Source: an uncultured Sphingomonas sp.
GTDB taxonomy: Bacteria; Pseudomonadota; Alphaproteobacteria; Sphingomonadales; Sphingomonadaceae
Assembly (NCBI GenBank): GCA_964448315.1
Contig: CAYUWJ010000044.1
Coordinates: 15,636 to 79,635, forward strand
Direction of reading: 5' to 3'
DNA: 64,000 nucleotides
Shown here: piece by piece, positions 35,036 through 44,107 of the stretch
How positions within the stretch are numbered: the stretch's first letter is position 1
How the letters are laid out: each line of letters opens with the position of its first letter
The notes under the pieces: model-generated
The model's input: the letters and a program-made list of their open reading frames with translations, nothing else
What the model was told of the DNA's origin: nothing
Database searches by the model: none
Translations under genes and position numbers: made by a program

Positions 35036-37899
35036 GGGGAATCCGCCTACACCGGATGATGGTTTCTGCGTTCCGTGGCATCGCCTGCCCGGTAGAGTTT
35101 GATCTGAGTTCGCCCCTGACCCTCGTGTTCGCTCCCAATGGCACGGGCAAAACGACCATGTGCGAGGCCGCCGAGTGGCTCCTCACGGGCCAGATCGAGC
35201 GGCTGAAGGAAGGGAAGGATTTCGACCCGGCGGAGCTCAGGTCAAAGTTCTACCTTGATCTCCAAACTCCAAATGTTTCCGCCGCGCTTCGTGTCGGCGC
35301 AGATGAGAAATACTTAGATCGAGCTGCGAAGGATCACGACATCCGGACGCTATTCGGCGAAACCCCCGAGACTGCCAAGGCTTGCAAGCCGCACGAGTTC
35401 CTATCGCTCCTTGCGCCCGCTGCGGCGGCCGACGAAGCGCATCACTTAACGGCGATCAACTTGCGTCAGCGATGGGTAAAGGGAACTCGGTTCCTGAGTT
35501 CCGACGCGCTGGCTGCCTTGGTCGACACCGATCCCGAAACCGTCGACCGCCGCAGGCAAATCTTCGCTGACGTCTTGGGCATCCGACATTTGCTCGATGC
35601 TGAGCGCCTTGCTGGCAAATACGCGGGCGAGCTGAAAACGCTGATCAACGCGCTCAACACGTCGATCGATCAGCAGGAGAGGGAGGTCAAAGACCTCGAA
35701 CAGTCGCTAGCTGGGATGGAGGAGCAGCGGCCGAACGCTGCGTCGGCTCGGTCCGAAGTCGACGCCGCACAAGACATCTTGGGTCCGGAAACGATCCCGG
35801 CTGGTCCCTCAAACAATACATCATCGATGGACGTCCTATTGGAGAGTCTGACGGTGGTTCATGGCCGCCGTCAGCATGAGCTTTCGGAACGCGCAGGTCT
35901 CCTAAACGAGATCGAGGCGCAATGGTCCACTCGCGCTCAACTGGAAGTAGCGGTCGCCGAGGGTCGCGAAACGGAAGCCAAACTAGCCTCTCGGCTGGCA
36001 GAGGTCGATACGGCTGGCCGAGCGGCGGCAGGTGTTATTGCGGAGAATGTCCAGCAGCGGGATGCTCGGCTGAGTGAATTGAACCGCTTGGCCGCGGCAC
36101 GGGATCTTCTCTCGAAGCGGGCTGTAACGTTGCTCGAAGCCGTCCAGAACCCCTTGATGGCGGGAGAATATCAAACAAGTCTGGCCAAGCTGTCGGAGTT
36201 GCTGCCGGAAGCGCGGTGGCCTGACGCGGAGCGAAGGAATCGCGAGAGCGAACTTTCGACGCTTGAAACGCAGTTGAGCTTCGTCGAGACGGAAGCTCCT
36301 CGCGCGGACCAAGTGAACAGGCAAATCTTGGACTTGTCCGAAAAGGCGTTGAGCGACGCGGATTACGCGCAGCTAGAAACGTCCGTTCAAAACGCCGAAG
36401 CCCAAGCCCGGTCCGCGCAGGCGGCGCTCGACGCCCTGCTTCAACCCGTCGACCGGATTCAGGCCGCGGCGAAGGAGCTACTAGCCCATGACCATGGCTT
36501 TGATACGCAGTATTGCCCTTTGTGCGCGGCGGATTGGAAGTCCGTCGATCGATTGAGAGCGGCGATCGAACAGGTGCTCCGGGGGACTCCGGAACTGGCT
36601 GCAACGGCCCGTGAAGCGTCGACCCAAGCAAACCAGCTGGCGGCGGACCTGAAAACACGACTCACGAACGCGAGGGCGTTTCGCGAGAAGCTGACCGCAC
36701 TCCGAACTGAAAGCGCTCAACTCCAGCAGCGAGTAGCGTGGACTTCGATTCAACTGGCGCGGGTTGGTGGCGCATCGGACCAACCAACGAAGACGCTGCC
36801 GATAGAGAGGGCTAAGTTGGCCGCGGCGGATGCGCTAGCGGCATTCATGCAGGCTTGGGCCGAGCATTCATCCCTCCTCACCGACCCAGACGAACGATTT
36901 GCGGACACCGTTATCGGCAATGTAATCCAGACCCTTGACGGCAAAGCGAGCCGCCGTGAACAGGATATCCAGTTCAACCTGGCGACTTTAACTAAATCGA
37001 TCGAAGAGGCTTCGGCCACCAGGGACAAACTTGCATCGGAGCATGCGTCATTGACGCAGCAGCTCACCGAATTGCGCCTCAGACTAGCCGAACAATCAGA
37101 GCAGCTCACGGCGTTCCATTCGAAGTGGGCGCAGTTGTCATCCGACCAACCGCCATCCAACGCAACGCTCGCGAAAATTCGCTCCTTCCTGCAAAGCGAG
37201 CGCGAGCGACTATCTAAGGCTGCTGCGCATATTGAGGCGGCAAGGTCAGCCTGGAGCCGGGAATCGAGGCGCTCTCGGCTCCAACAGCTGCGGCTATCCG
37301 TTGATCCCGAAGTCAAGCAGCGCGGCCGGCTTCAACAGCGCTTGCAGATCGCACAGCGGACGATGGCGGTGTTCAATCATGCCTGCACAACGATTAGCCG
37401 TAATCAGGTCGACGGCCTCAGCCGGGTCGTGAACCCATTATTTGCCAGGATGCACGCGAACCGAGTGTTTGACCGCATCAGCCTCGGCCAGGACACCGAC
37501 TTCCTCCATTGGCTCGCCAATGCGGGGGACGAGAAACTGGATCCAAGCAAACACTTCAGTCAGGGGCAACGGCAGGATCTAGCGCTTGCGCTGTTCCTGG
37601 CTCGCGCTCGCGGACTGGGTGGCACATTCTTCCTCGACGAACCGATCCTCCACCTCGACGACCTCAACCGGGTTGGTTTGCTGGATATTTTCAGGGCGTT
37701 TGTGCTCGAGCACCATCCAGCACTCAACCTAGTGATCACGACTTCGAGCCGGACGCTGGCGCGGCATATGATCGAGAAGTTTGCTGCCGTCAGTCCGATC
37801 GACGCTTCGGACGAGGGGACGCCACCGCTGAGGGTTCTCGAAATGGAGGGCAACGGTCGCGACGGGGTGGAGGTACGTCAAGCTTACCCCATACAATAA
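35032..37899 (+). CDS. Rad50/SbcC/SMC-like ABC ATPase with a central CxxC hook
   Basis: N-terminal Walker A LVFAPNGTGKTTMCEAAEWLLTG. About 750 aa of coiled coil. CPLC at about residue 494 of 955 (nt about 36511-36537). C-terminal signature/Walker B FSQGQRQDLALALFLARA...FFLDEPILHLDD. Confidence 0.85.
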   Translation: MRGIRLHRMMVSAFRGIACPVEFDLSSPLTLVFAPNGTGKTTMCEAAEWLLTGQIERLKEGKDFDPAELRSKFYLDLQTPNVSAALRVGADEKYLDRAAKDHDIRTLFGETPETAKACKPHEFLSLLAPAAAADEAHHLTAINLRQRWVKGTRFLSSDALAALVDTDPETVDRRRQIFADVLGIRHLLDAERLAGKYAGELKTLINALNTSIDQQEREVKDLEQSLAGMEEQRPNAASARSEVDAAQDILGPETIPAGPSNNTSSMDVLLESLTVVHGRRQHELSERAGLLNEIEAQWSTRAQLEVAVAEGRETEAKLASRLAEVDTAGRAAAGVIAENVQQRDARLSELNRLAAARDLLSKRAVTLLEAVQNPLMAGEYQTSLAKLSELLPEARWPDAERRNRESELSTLETQLSFVETEAPRADQVNRQILDLSEKALSDADYAQLETSVQNAEAQARSAQAALDALLQPVDRIQAAAKELLAHDHGFDTQYCPLCAADWKSVDRLRAAIEQVLRGTPELAATAREASTQANQLAADLKTRLTNARAFREKLTALRTESAQLQQRVAWTSIQLARVGGASDQPTKTLPIERAKLAAADALAAFMQAWAEHSSLLTDPDERFADTVIGNVIQTLDGKASRREQDIQFNLATLTKSIEEASATRDKLASEHASLTQQLTELRLRLAEQSEQLTAFHSKWAQLSSDQPPSNATLAKIRSFLQSERERLSKAAAHIEAARSAWSRESRRSRLQQLRLSVDPEVKQRGRLQQRLQIAQRTMAVFNHACTTISRNQVDGLSRVVNPLFARMHANRVFDRISLGQDTDFLHWLANAGDEKLDPSKHFSQGQRQDLALALFLARARGLGGTFFLDEPILHLDDLNRVGLLDIFRAFVLEHHPALNLVITTSSRTLARHMIEKFAAVSPIDASDEGTPPLRVLEMEGNGRDGVEVRQAYPIQ

Positions 37900-38226
37900 A
37901 GGGCTGGAGAGCCTATTACGTTGTTCGGTCGGGAACGTGTGGGAGCTCGGTGCAAAGGCCGGCGACGAGCTTGCTTGGGCGCCGGTGCCGTGCGGGTTTG
38001 GGGACGCCGTAAATTATGGTGAGCTGTTCGAAGGCCGCTGCCGAGACGGGGAGCGGCAGAATCCACACGAATTCCTGCCAAAGAAGACGGTCCGCTGCCG
38101 GCCAGAAGCCGTCACTCGGATTAGCGACGCTCGAATTGTCTGACACTGGCCGAAAGCGGAATGGCGGCATTCGGACCGCGGACGAAGTTATCTGCCATTC
38201 TTGAATCTTGATCAGTCGCAGAGCGG

Positions 38227-39156
38227 CTATGTGAGCCTCACGCGCCTACCGAGGTGTGTGCTCCAAAGTCCCAGACGCTTTATACGGTAGTCGACCAGCT
38301 CCGTCGAAGTGCCAAACTGCTCAGCTATCTCCTGTGTACTCCTCTTTTGCTCAACTGCCTTGATCATTGCTGTTCGCGGTAAGAGGGTGGCCGACGCTAA
38401 ATAATAGGCGTCGTGCTCTTCGGCAGAGTCGTACGTCCTGCCGTACGCATCCGCGACTTTCGATATCTTAGTTAGCTTATGCCCCGACAGAATGTGCCAG
38501 TATTCCTCCAGAAGCGTGACACGTTGCCTTTCAATGGTATGACAATCGTTTAGTAACACCGCCCACTTGTCGAATGCAGCGGTCAGCGGGACACTCATGG
38601 CTGACCACTGCGAACAGGCCTCGCCTACAAGCCTTCGTTTGGCGTCGGGATCCAAGCACTTCGAAGCGGTGATGCGCTCAATCCTTACGCCATCGACTAC
38701 AAGACGTAGCGGGTCGAGAGGATCTGATAAGTTCAGACCCAGATCATGTCGGAATCGTTGCGCAGTGAGTTCAAGCTCTTCCTTTGACGAGCCCCCTGCC
38801 GTCGGCTCGCCAGTTACGGTCGGCCTGGCTGCCTCCACTTCATCCGGATATTCTCGCTTGAGGCATTCGGCCGCATGGAGGAGAGCTTTGATTGTCCGCG
38901 ATTGAGCGTTCTTTCCGGCGCGAAAGTGAACGAGCGCGACATTCTCAAAGCCGAGCCCCGCGTCGTCGGCCCTACTTCCCAGCCACTCTAGGAGCCGAAT
39001 CTTCGAGTTATTGTCCGGTGAGCCTTCCCCACGCTCGATACGAGCCAGTGTCGAGAAACTTACGCCAATTTTCGCCGACAAGGCTCGTATACTCAGGCCC
39101 TTTTCGGAACGCTTCTCCCTGACTGCGCTTACGAGTTTTGTATCGAACTCTTCCAT
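38227..39156 (-). CDS. XRE-family HTH regulator fused to an ImmA/IrrE-like domain (metal motif degenerate)
   Basis: N-terminus KGLSIRALSAKIGVSFSTLARIERGEGSP is an XRE HTH. The C-terminal half has VTLLEEYWHILSGH where M78 peptidases have HExxH, so the first His is replaced by Glu. Confidence 0.7.
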   Translation of the reverse strand: MEEFDTKLVSAVREKRSEKGLSIRALSAKIGVSFSTLARIERGEGSPDNNSKIRLLEWLGSRADDAGLGFENVALVHFRAGKNAQSRTIKALLHAAECLKREYPDEVEAARPTVTGEPTAGGSSKEELELTAQRFRHDLGLNLSDPLDPLRLVVDGVRIERITASKCLDPDAKRRLVGEACSQWSAMSVPLTAAFDKWAVLLNDCHTIERQRVTLLEEYWHILSGHKLTKISKVADAYGRTYDSAEEHDAYYLASATLLPRTAMIKAVEQKRSTQEIAEQFGTSTELVDYRIKRLGLWSTHLGRRVRLT

Positions 39157-39397
39157 TTTCCCCCGAGCGTGCGATACGCACGCATTGACACGCCCCGTTG
39201 GGCATGCATCCTCGTGCTAGTGACACAGATTCGCACATCGACAGGCAAATTGGAAGTGTTGTTGAGCAGCGATGCGCGGACTGAGTTGCAGCGAATTGGC
39301 GATGGTTTGGACGCGCGCCAGCTCGTCAGGGTGAAAGGTGGGGGTGTCGTTATCCTCGATCCGCAGCCTGCCTCAACAACCGTCCAGGAGCAAAACA

Positions 39398-39541
39398 ATG
39401 AGCAACGACAAAGAGCGCGAGGATCCGCAGCCCGGTCACTGCAAGGGTCCGCCCGACGACAAGGGTCGTCCGGTCGATCCCGGTCGTCCGGTGCCCAACC
39501 ACGGGTCGTCGGCCTCGCCGGCAACTACGCCCGGCAATTAG
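39398..39541 (+). CDS. possible small Pro/Gly-rich ORF
   Basis: ATG at 39398 is preceded by AGGAG with a 7-nt spacer. Third-codon positions are mostly G/C in this frame and A-rich in the overlapping long frame. 47 aa: MSNDKEREDPQPGHCKGPPDDKGRPVDPGRPVPNHGSSASPATTPGN. Confidence 0.3.
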   Translation: MSNDKEREDPQPGHCKGPPDDKGRPVDPGRPVPNHGSSASPATTPGN

Positions 39542-39546
39542 AAGAT

Positions 39547-40227
39547 GTGCACGGGGCATATCCCGACGCAACCTTCCTCCCCGATGAGCACGGGGTATGG
39601 CTTCTCGCGCGCAGCCGCATCTTGGACGGCCTAGCGCGAGAAGCCATATTTCTCATCGCGCTGCCAAACACGCCGGACGTTGATCCGCGCGGATGGGCAT
39701 TTTGGGCCCAAGACGGGCAGATCGAATGGATTGGCCCGCGACACACCAACTTCACTGATGGTTCGGTGTGCGCCTACCATCCGAAACTCGACAACGCATG
39801 GTCCCCCGGAGACGATCTTCGCACGCTGCTGGATATTTACAGCGTTTGGGCGCTCCGACACCTACACTTGGCAGTCCTCGACCGCTGGCCGGGTCGGCAG
39901 TATGCGATGCCCGACGACGCTGGCCGCTCCGATCCCTATTACCGATTGCTCCAGTTCGAGCCAGCCGAACTTTGCAGCTGTGGCACGGATCGGCGGTATG
40001 GAGAGTGCTGCCGGCCGGGTGACCTCACGCTACCGCTCCTTTCGATCAAAGCCGCCTTCGAAAGGCGTAACAGTGGCCGTAGCATTCATGATCGCGCACC
40101 ACCTCCCGCGATAGCAGCCTTCGTGACGAGCGGTGGACAAAACGCCGCTCCTTCAATCTTCGAAGTTCACGCGCACCTTCGGGCGCACGCCGAGCGCAAC
40201 GGGTGCAAGCGCGAGAGTAATCGTTGA
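39547..40227 (+). CDS. E2/UBC-like domain protein fused to a SEC-C metal-binding motif (start uncertain)
   Basis: PRHTNFTDGSVCAYHPKLDNAWSPGDDLRTLLDIYSVWAL aligns by eye with the eukaryotic E2 core [36 protein letters not shown]. The C-terminal CSCGTDRRYGECC is a SEC-C motif. The frame is open back to 39169. GTG at 39547 was chosen because the upstream part has poor GC3. Confidence 0.5.
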   Translation: MHGAYPDATFLPDEHGVWLLARSRILDGLAREAIFLIALPNTPDVDPRGWAFWAQDGQIEWIGPRHTNFTDGSVCAYHPKLDNAWSPGDDLRTLLDIYSVWALRHLHLAVLDRWPGRQYAMPDDAGRSDPYYRLLQFEPAELCSCGTDRRYGECCRPGDLTLPLLSIKAAFERRNSGRSIHDRAPPPAIAAFVTSGGQNAAPSIFEVHAHLRAHAERNGCKRESNR

Positions 40228-40589
40228 TACCGGGCTCGCTTGAAGCCGGACATGTTGAAGGACAGACCGCGCTCGGCTCTGCCGATCCGCTGGGTCAACA
40301 TGTCCGTTCGAAGTGACCGGTCGATGTCGCTGAGTACACTACATGGCCGCTGCTCAACTGCGTTCCATGAGGCCGGAAGAAGGCTGTCGCCATATCGGCG
40401 ATCCACACCTATTCGGGCTATTGTTCAATTCCTGACAGGCTCAAATCGTCCTGTCGATGGCACTTGATGTGCTTGAAAGGCGAACTGCTTTTCCTACGTT
40501 GTTCTCTTGATGTTCAGGGTGGGGTACCGGCTGTGCATTGAAGTAAACCGCGCCCAAACAGGGGCGTGCCTGTGAGGCAGGAGTGAGGC

Positions 40590-41804
40590 GTGGCGGACGA
40601 AATTCTCTTCAACAAATTCGAACTCGATCGGGTGGTAGAGAACCATCGCTCTTCGATGCTATCGGAGCTGGACCGCATGGCAGACGACCGTCTGCTGAAT
40701 ACCGACATCGCAGGTCTGGAAGACTATTGTTTCAACAAGTTCTCGTTGGACTTCCCTGAGCTAGGCGAGCCGCGCGTCGACAATGCTCGGACGAAAATGA
40801 CTGTCGGCCGCTATGGCGGCTTCGACTATGGGCACGGCAGCGTGGAAGTCGACGCGGAGCGCTTTACGCTGGAGGTGCCGTTTACCGGCGACAAGGCCCT
40901 TTTTCTCAGCCGCGCGAATACATGGAGTTCGAATCCGCCTTACGGTACCGTACGGGACGGCCTTCTCAGCTACACCGTGGTGGAGCGCGACCCGTCCAGC
41001 GACAAGCTGAACCACGAGTTTGATCGCTTTCTAACGAACGTGAAGCAGCATCTGGGCTGGCAGAAGCCGACGGTAGAAGGTTGGAATAGCAGATTGAAAG
41101 GGTTGGTCCGCGACCATATTTCGGAACGCAGGAGCCGCCTCGAAAAGACAACTAGCGTTGCGTCGGGTCTGAAGTTCGCAATGAAATACCGGCGCGATGC
41201 CGCGGCGACGTTTTCAGCTCCGGTTACCCCGAAGAGAATTGCCCCTGTCCTGCCGCCTCCCAAGCCGGGCGCAACGCCAGAGCCGGTGCTGACGCCTGAG
41301 GCTTACCGGGACATCTTGGACACCCTTCAACAGATGTCGGAGGTGATGGAGCGGAGCCCCCATGCTTACGCTGGCATGGATAAGGAAACGCTGAGGTTCC
41401 AATTCCTCGTGCCACTAAATGCGCGCTTCGAAGGTGAGGCGCGGGGCGAGGTGTTCAACTACGGCGGCAAGACCGACATCCTCATCACATACAAGGGGAA
41501 GAACATCTTCATTGCCGAGTGCAAGATTTGGAAGGGCGCTTCGGCGCTGACGGAAGCCATTGACCAGCTGCTCGGCTACTTGAGCTGGCGCGACACCAAG
41601 ACCTCGTTGATGATCTTCAATCGGAATAAGGGCTTCAGCGCAGTCCTCGACCAAATTGACCCCACCGTCCGGGCGCATCCGAACTTTGTGTTTGCTGACG
41701 GCAAAAGGGGAGAGACCGAGTTCCAATACACCTTCCATCATCGCGACGACCCCGGCCGGAAGCTGACGCTTACGGTGCTGGCGTTCGATATGCCTGCTGA
41801 GTGA
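40590..41804 (+). CDS. hypothetical protein with a C-terminal PD-(D/E)xK nuclease-like domain
   Basis: GTG at 40590 after AGGAG with a 6-nt spacer. The C-terminal GGKTDILITYKGKNIFIAECKIWKGASALTEAIDQLLGYL shows the D...E-x-K pattern. Confidence 0.6.
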   Translation: MADEILFNKFELDRVVENHRSSMLSELDRMADDRLLNTDIAGLEDYCFNKFSLDFPELGEPRVDNARTKMTVGRYGGFDYGHGSVEVDAERFTLEVPFTGDKALFLSRANTWSSNPPYGTVRDGLLSYTVVERDPSSDKLNHEFDRFLTNVKQHLGWQKPTVEGWNSRLKGLVRDHISERRSRLEKTTSVASGLKFAMKYRRDAAATFSAPVTPKRIAPVLPPPKPGATPEPVLTPEAYRDILDTLQQMSEVMERSPHAYAGMDKETLRFQFLVPLNARFEGEARGEVFNYGGKTDILITYKGKNIFIAECKIWKGASALTEAIDQLLGYLSWRDTKTSLMIFNRNKGFSAVLDQIDPTVRAHPNFVFADGKRGETEFQYTFHHRDDPGRKLTLTVLAFDMPAE

Positions 41805-41813
41805 GGTCAACCG

Positions 41814-42287
41814 ATGGGAACCTATCGCGTTGGACAGGCCTGCCTCAACGGCCACCCGATTACCGGCAACGCTCATTCCGAGTTTGCGACGGCTTTTTGC
41901 AGCACCTGCGGGGCAACCGCGATAACGCAATGTCCGTCATGTTCGGCTCCCCTGAAGGGGTACTATGAGTCCCCCGGGATCATTTCTCTCGCGGGCTGGA
42001 GTCCGTCGGACCATTGCGACAAGTGCGGCAAGCCACTGCCTTGGACGCAGGCTAAGTTGGACGCAGTCCAGGAGCTGGCCGAGGCTATTGAAGAGCTGAC
42101 CGATTTCGAGCGGGAGCAGCTTGCTGAGTTGATGCCGCACGTTATTCAAGAAACGCCGCGCACTGGGCCAGCCGGCTTCAAAATTTCGGCGATCGTGGCT
42201 CGCATCAAAGGTCCGGCGAAAGGCGCTCTGCAGGACTTGCTGACGAATATCGCCGTGGAAGCCGGAAAGAAGGCAATGGGGTTCTGA
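41814..42287 (+). CDS. zinc-ribbon protein (DUF2321-like)
   Basis: CLNGH..., CSTCG, CPSC and CDKCG Cys pairs in the first 85 aa, then an acidic helical tail. Starts 9 nt after the previous stop. Confidence 0.55.
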   Translation: MGTYRVGQACLNGHPITGNAHSEFATAFCSTCGATAITQCPSCSAPLKGYYESPGIISLAGWSPSDHCDKCGKPLPWTQAKLDAVQELAEAIEELTDFEREQLAELMPHVIQETPRTGPAGFKISAIVARIKGPAKGALQDLLTNIAVEAGKKAMGF

Positions 42288-42293
42288 CGTTCG

Positions 42294-43289
42294 GTGAACA
42301 TTTTCATCGACGAATCGGGCAGCTTCGCCACCCACAAGGCCCCCACCCATAGTTTATCGGCGATTGGTGCGCTGATTGTTCCCGAGTGGCAATCCAATCA
42401 ACTCCTGAAGAAGTATGCGAAGCTTCGACCTTCGCTGCCCAAAGAAAAGGGCGAGGTGAAGGGGCGGCTGCTCAATGAGCATCAGGTGTCCCGCGTGCTG
42501 GAGCTTCTGCGGAAGAACAGCTGCATCTACGAAGGTGTCGTAATCGACATGGGGCTTGAAACCGAAGAGGGCCTTGAGAGGCACCGAACGGGCCAAGCTC
42601 ACGGACTCACCGATGAACTCACCGACGACCACCGACCTGAGATGGTCGCAGCGGTAAAGGCTCTTCGGGCTCGCTTGGAAGCGATGCCGCTCAGCCTTTA
42701 CGCGCAATCTGTCCTGACGGTGCACCTTATCTGGGAAATCCTGAAAATGATGCCGGTCTACTGGGGACAGCGAGTTCCGCGTGAGATCCTAAACTACCAT
42801 TGGGTCATCGACGGGAAGGACGTTGGGCGCGCCACCAACGCGGAGGATTGGTGGTCGACCACGATGCTGGGGCTAATCCAGTCGCGCTCTTATCGTGACC
42901 CAATGCCACGCCTTGAGGGTGTCGATTACGCCGCTTTTGACTCGAAGTTCATGAAGGAACGAAATGATTGGCATAAGGAGAAGATGCCGGGGCCAGACAC
43001 CGCGATGGATCTCTGGTTGCTCCTAAAAGAGTCATTTCGCTTCTCGTCCGATCCGGAGCCGGGGCTGGAACTCGTGGACATTGTTACAAACGCGACCCGC
43101 CGAGCGCTCGCAGGAAATCTGCAAGCTAAAGGATGGGAAGGAATACCCCGCTTAATGATAAATCGACGGGAGCATTGCTTACCCATCGTCACCATAACCA
43201 ACGACATTAAAGAGACGAAGCGTCCTTATGCTCGCATGTTAGCGCGCGGCTTCCGTTATGGCGGCCGGTCCATGCTGACCAAGTCATGA
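42294..43289 (+). CDS. DUF3800-like protein
   Basis: N-terminus MNIFIDESGSF is the hallmark DUF3800 start. 331 aa. Starts 6 nt after the previous stop. Confidence 0.65.
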   Translation: MNIFIDESGSFATHKAPTHSLSAIGALIVPEWQSNQLLKKYAKLRPSLPKEKGEVKGRLLNEHQVSRVLELLRKNSCIYEGVVIDMGLETEEGLERHRTGQAHGLTDELTDDHRPEMVAAVKALRARLEAMPLSLYAQSVLTVHLIWEILKMMPVYWGQRVPREILNYHWVIDGKDVGRATNAEDWWSTTMLGLIQSRSYRDPMPRLEGVDYAAFDSKFMKERNDWHKEKMPGPDTAMDLWLLLKESFRFSSDPEPGLELVDIVTNATRRALAGNLQAKGWEGIPRLMINRREHCLPIVTITNDIKETKRPYARMLARGFRYGGRSMLTKS

Positions 43290-43456
43290 AAAATGCAGGT
43301 GCCGTCGGGACTGGGCGCATTACAATTATCAACCTCAAATCTGAACGAACGACGGCTTTCGGAAGGAAGCCGGGAAGCCGGCAACGGCCGTGACGGGCGC
43401 AAAGCAGACCCTTCTTCCGCCTGCGTAGTCATCCGCAAAGGCGGACCTAAATTTAG

Positions 43457-43768
43457 CTATGCCAAAGGATGGAGAAGGGCGTCAGCAGCGCTCAGAAGTC
43501 GAGCCATGTGGCGAACCGCGAACCTGGAGCGCTCTACTTTTGAGTGAAGGTCGTCGAGAGAAGCGGCTCGGACAAGCGCCTGCACACTTGCGTCCTCCAT
43601 CAGCATTCCGACGCGTGTGCAGAGCTGCTCGATAAGCGCTCGTGTGTCCTCATCCAAATCGTAAATCTCGGCCATGCCGCGCAATGCGCTCATGTCAGTG
43701 ACGCAAGTCCAGACGCAGCTTTCGGCCAGCGCTTCTTTTCGACTGGACTGGTGCCGCAATGCGAGCAT
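43457..43768 (-). CDS. hypothetical protein
   Basis: 103-aa ORF, helical, no motif. Internal ATG alternatives exist. Confidence 0.35.
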   Translation of the reverse strand: MLALRHQSSRKEALAESCVWTCVTDMSALRGMAEIYDLDEDTRALIEQLCTRVGMLMEDASVQALVRAASLDDLHSKVERSRFAVRHMARLLSAADALLHPLA

Positions 43769-43870
43769 TGCTGTGGCCGTAATAGTGAATGCGGCCGCTC
43801 GACCTGAGGTCCAGCGGCTTGGGTCAGTGCAAGCCGGCGCAGTTCCGCACCGGTAGCTAGGAGACCCACT

Positions 43871-44107
43871 ATGGCAGCCTCAACAAAGCCTCGAACGAAG
43901 TCAGCGACGGTCACCCGCCTCCTCTCACGCGAGAAGGGCGCAACGCTCGACGAAATTGCGAAGGCGACCGAGTGGAAACCGCACAGCTGTCGCGCCTTTC
44001 TCACCGGCATACGTAAGAAAGCGCGCGTGCTGCGGCAGGAACGCCCCGATGGGGCAACCAGCTATCGGATTGTTCAGAAGCCCGCCCCGGATTCGGCCAG
44101 TGAGTAG
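43871..44107 (+). CDS. DUF3489-like protein
   Basis: TKSATVTRLLSREKGATLDEIAKATEWKPHSCRAFLTGIRKK...SYRI fits the DUF3489 pattern usually found upstream of DUF2924 and a serine recombinase. Confidence 0.7.
   Translation: MAASTKPRTKSATVTRLLSREKGATLDEIAKATEWKPHSCRAFLTGIRKKARVLRQERPDGATSYRIVQKPAPDSASE

Noticed and set aside
36035-37316. Minus-strand ORFs (207, 188 and 100 aa) inside the ABC ATPase gene.
   Set aside because: They are antisense to a gene with Walker A, signature and Walker B motifs. The products are Ser/Arg/Pro-rich.
39169-39546. A long N-terminal extension of the E2-like/SEC-C ORF starting at ATG 39169.
   Set aside because: Third-codon positions in 39397-39540 are A-rich in this frame but G/C-rich in the alternative small-ORF frame. 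The extension is low-complexity (QRQRARGSAARSLQGSARRQGSSGRSRSSG). It is not fully excluded, so the start is flagged as uncertain.
43395-43450. Small hairpin tccgcaaaggcgga downstream of the DUF3800 gene, considered as a possible terminator.
   Set aside because: It has only a 5-bp stem, no convincing U-tract, and sits about 140 nt from the stop codon. That is not enough to call a terminator.
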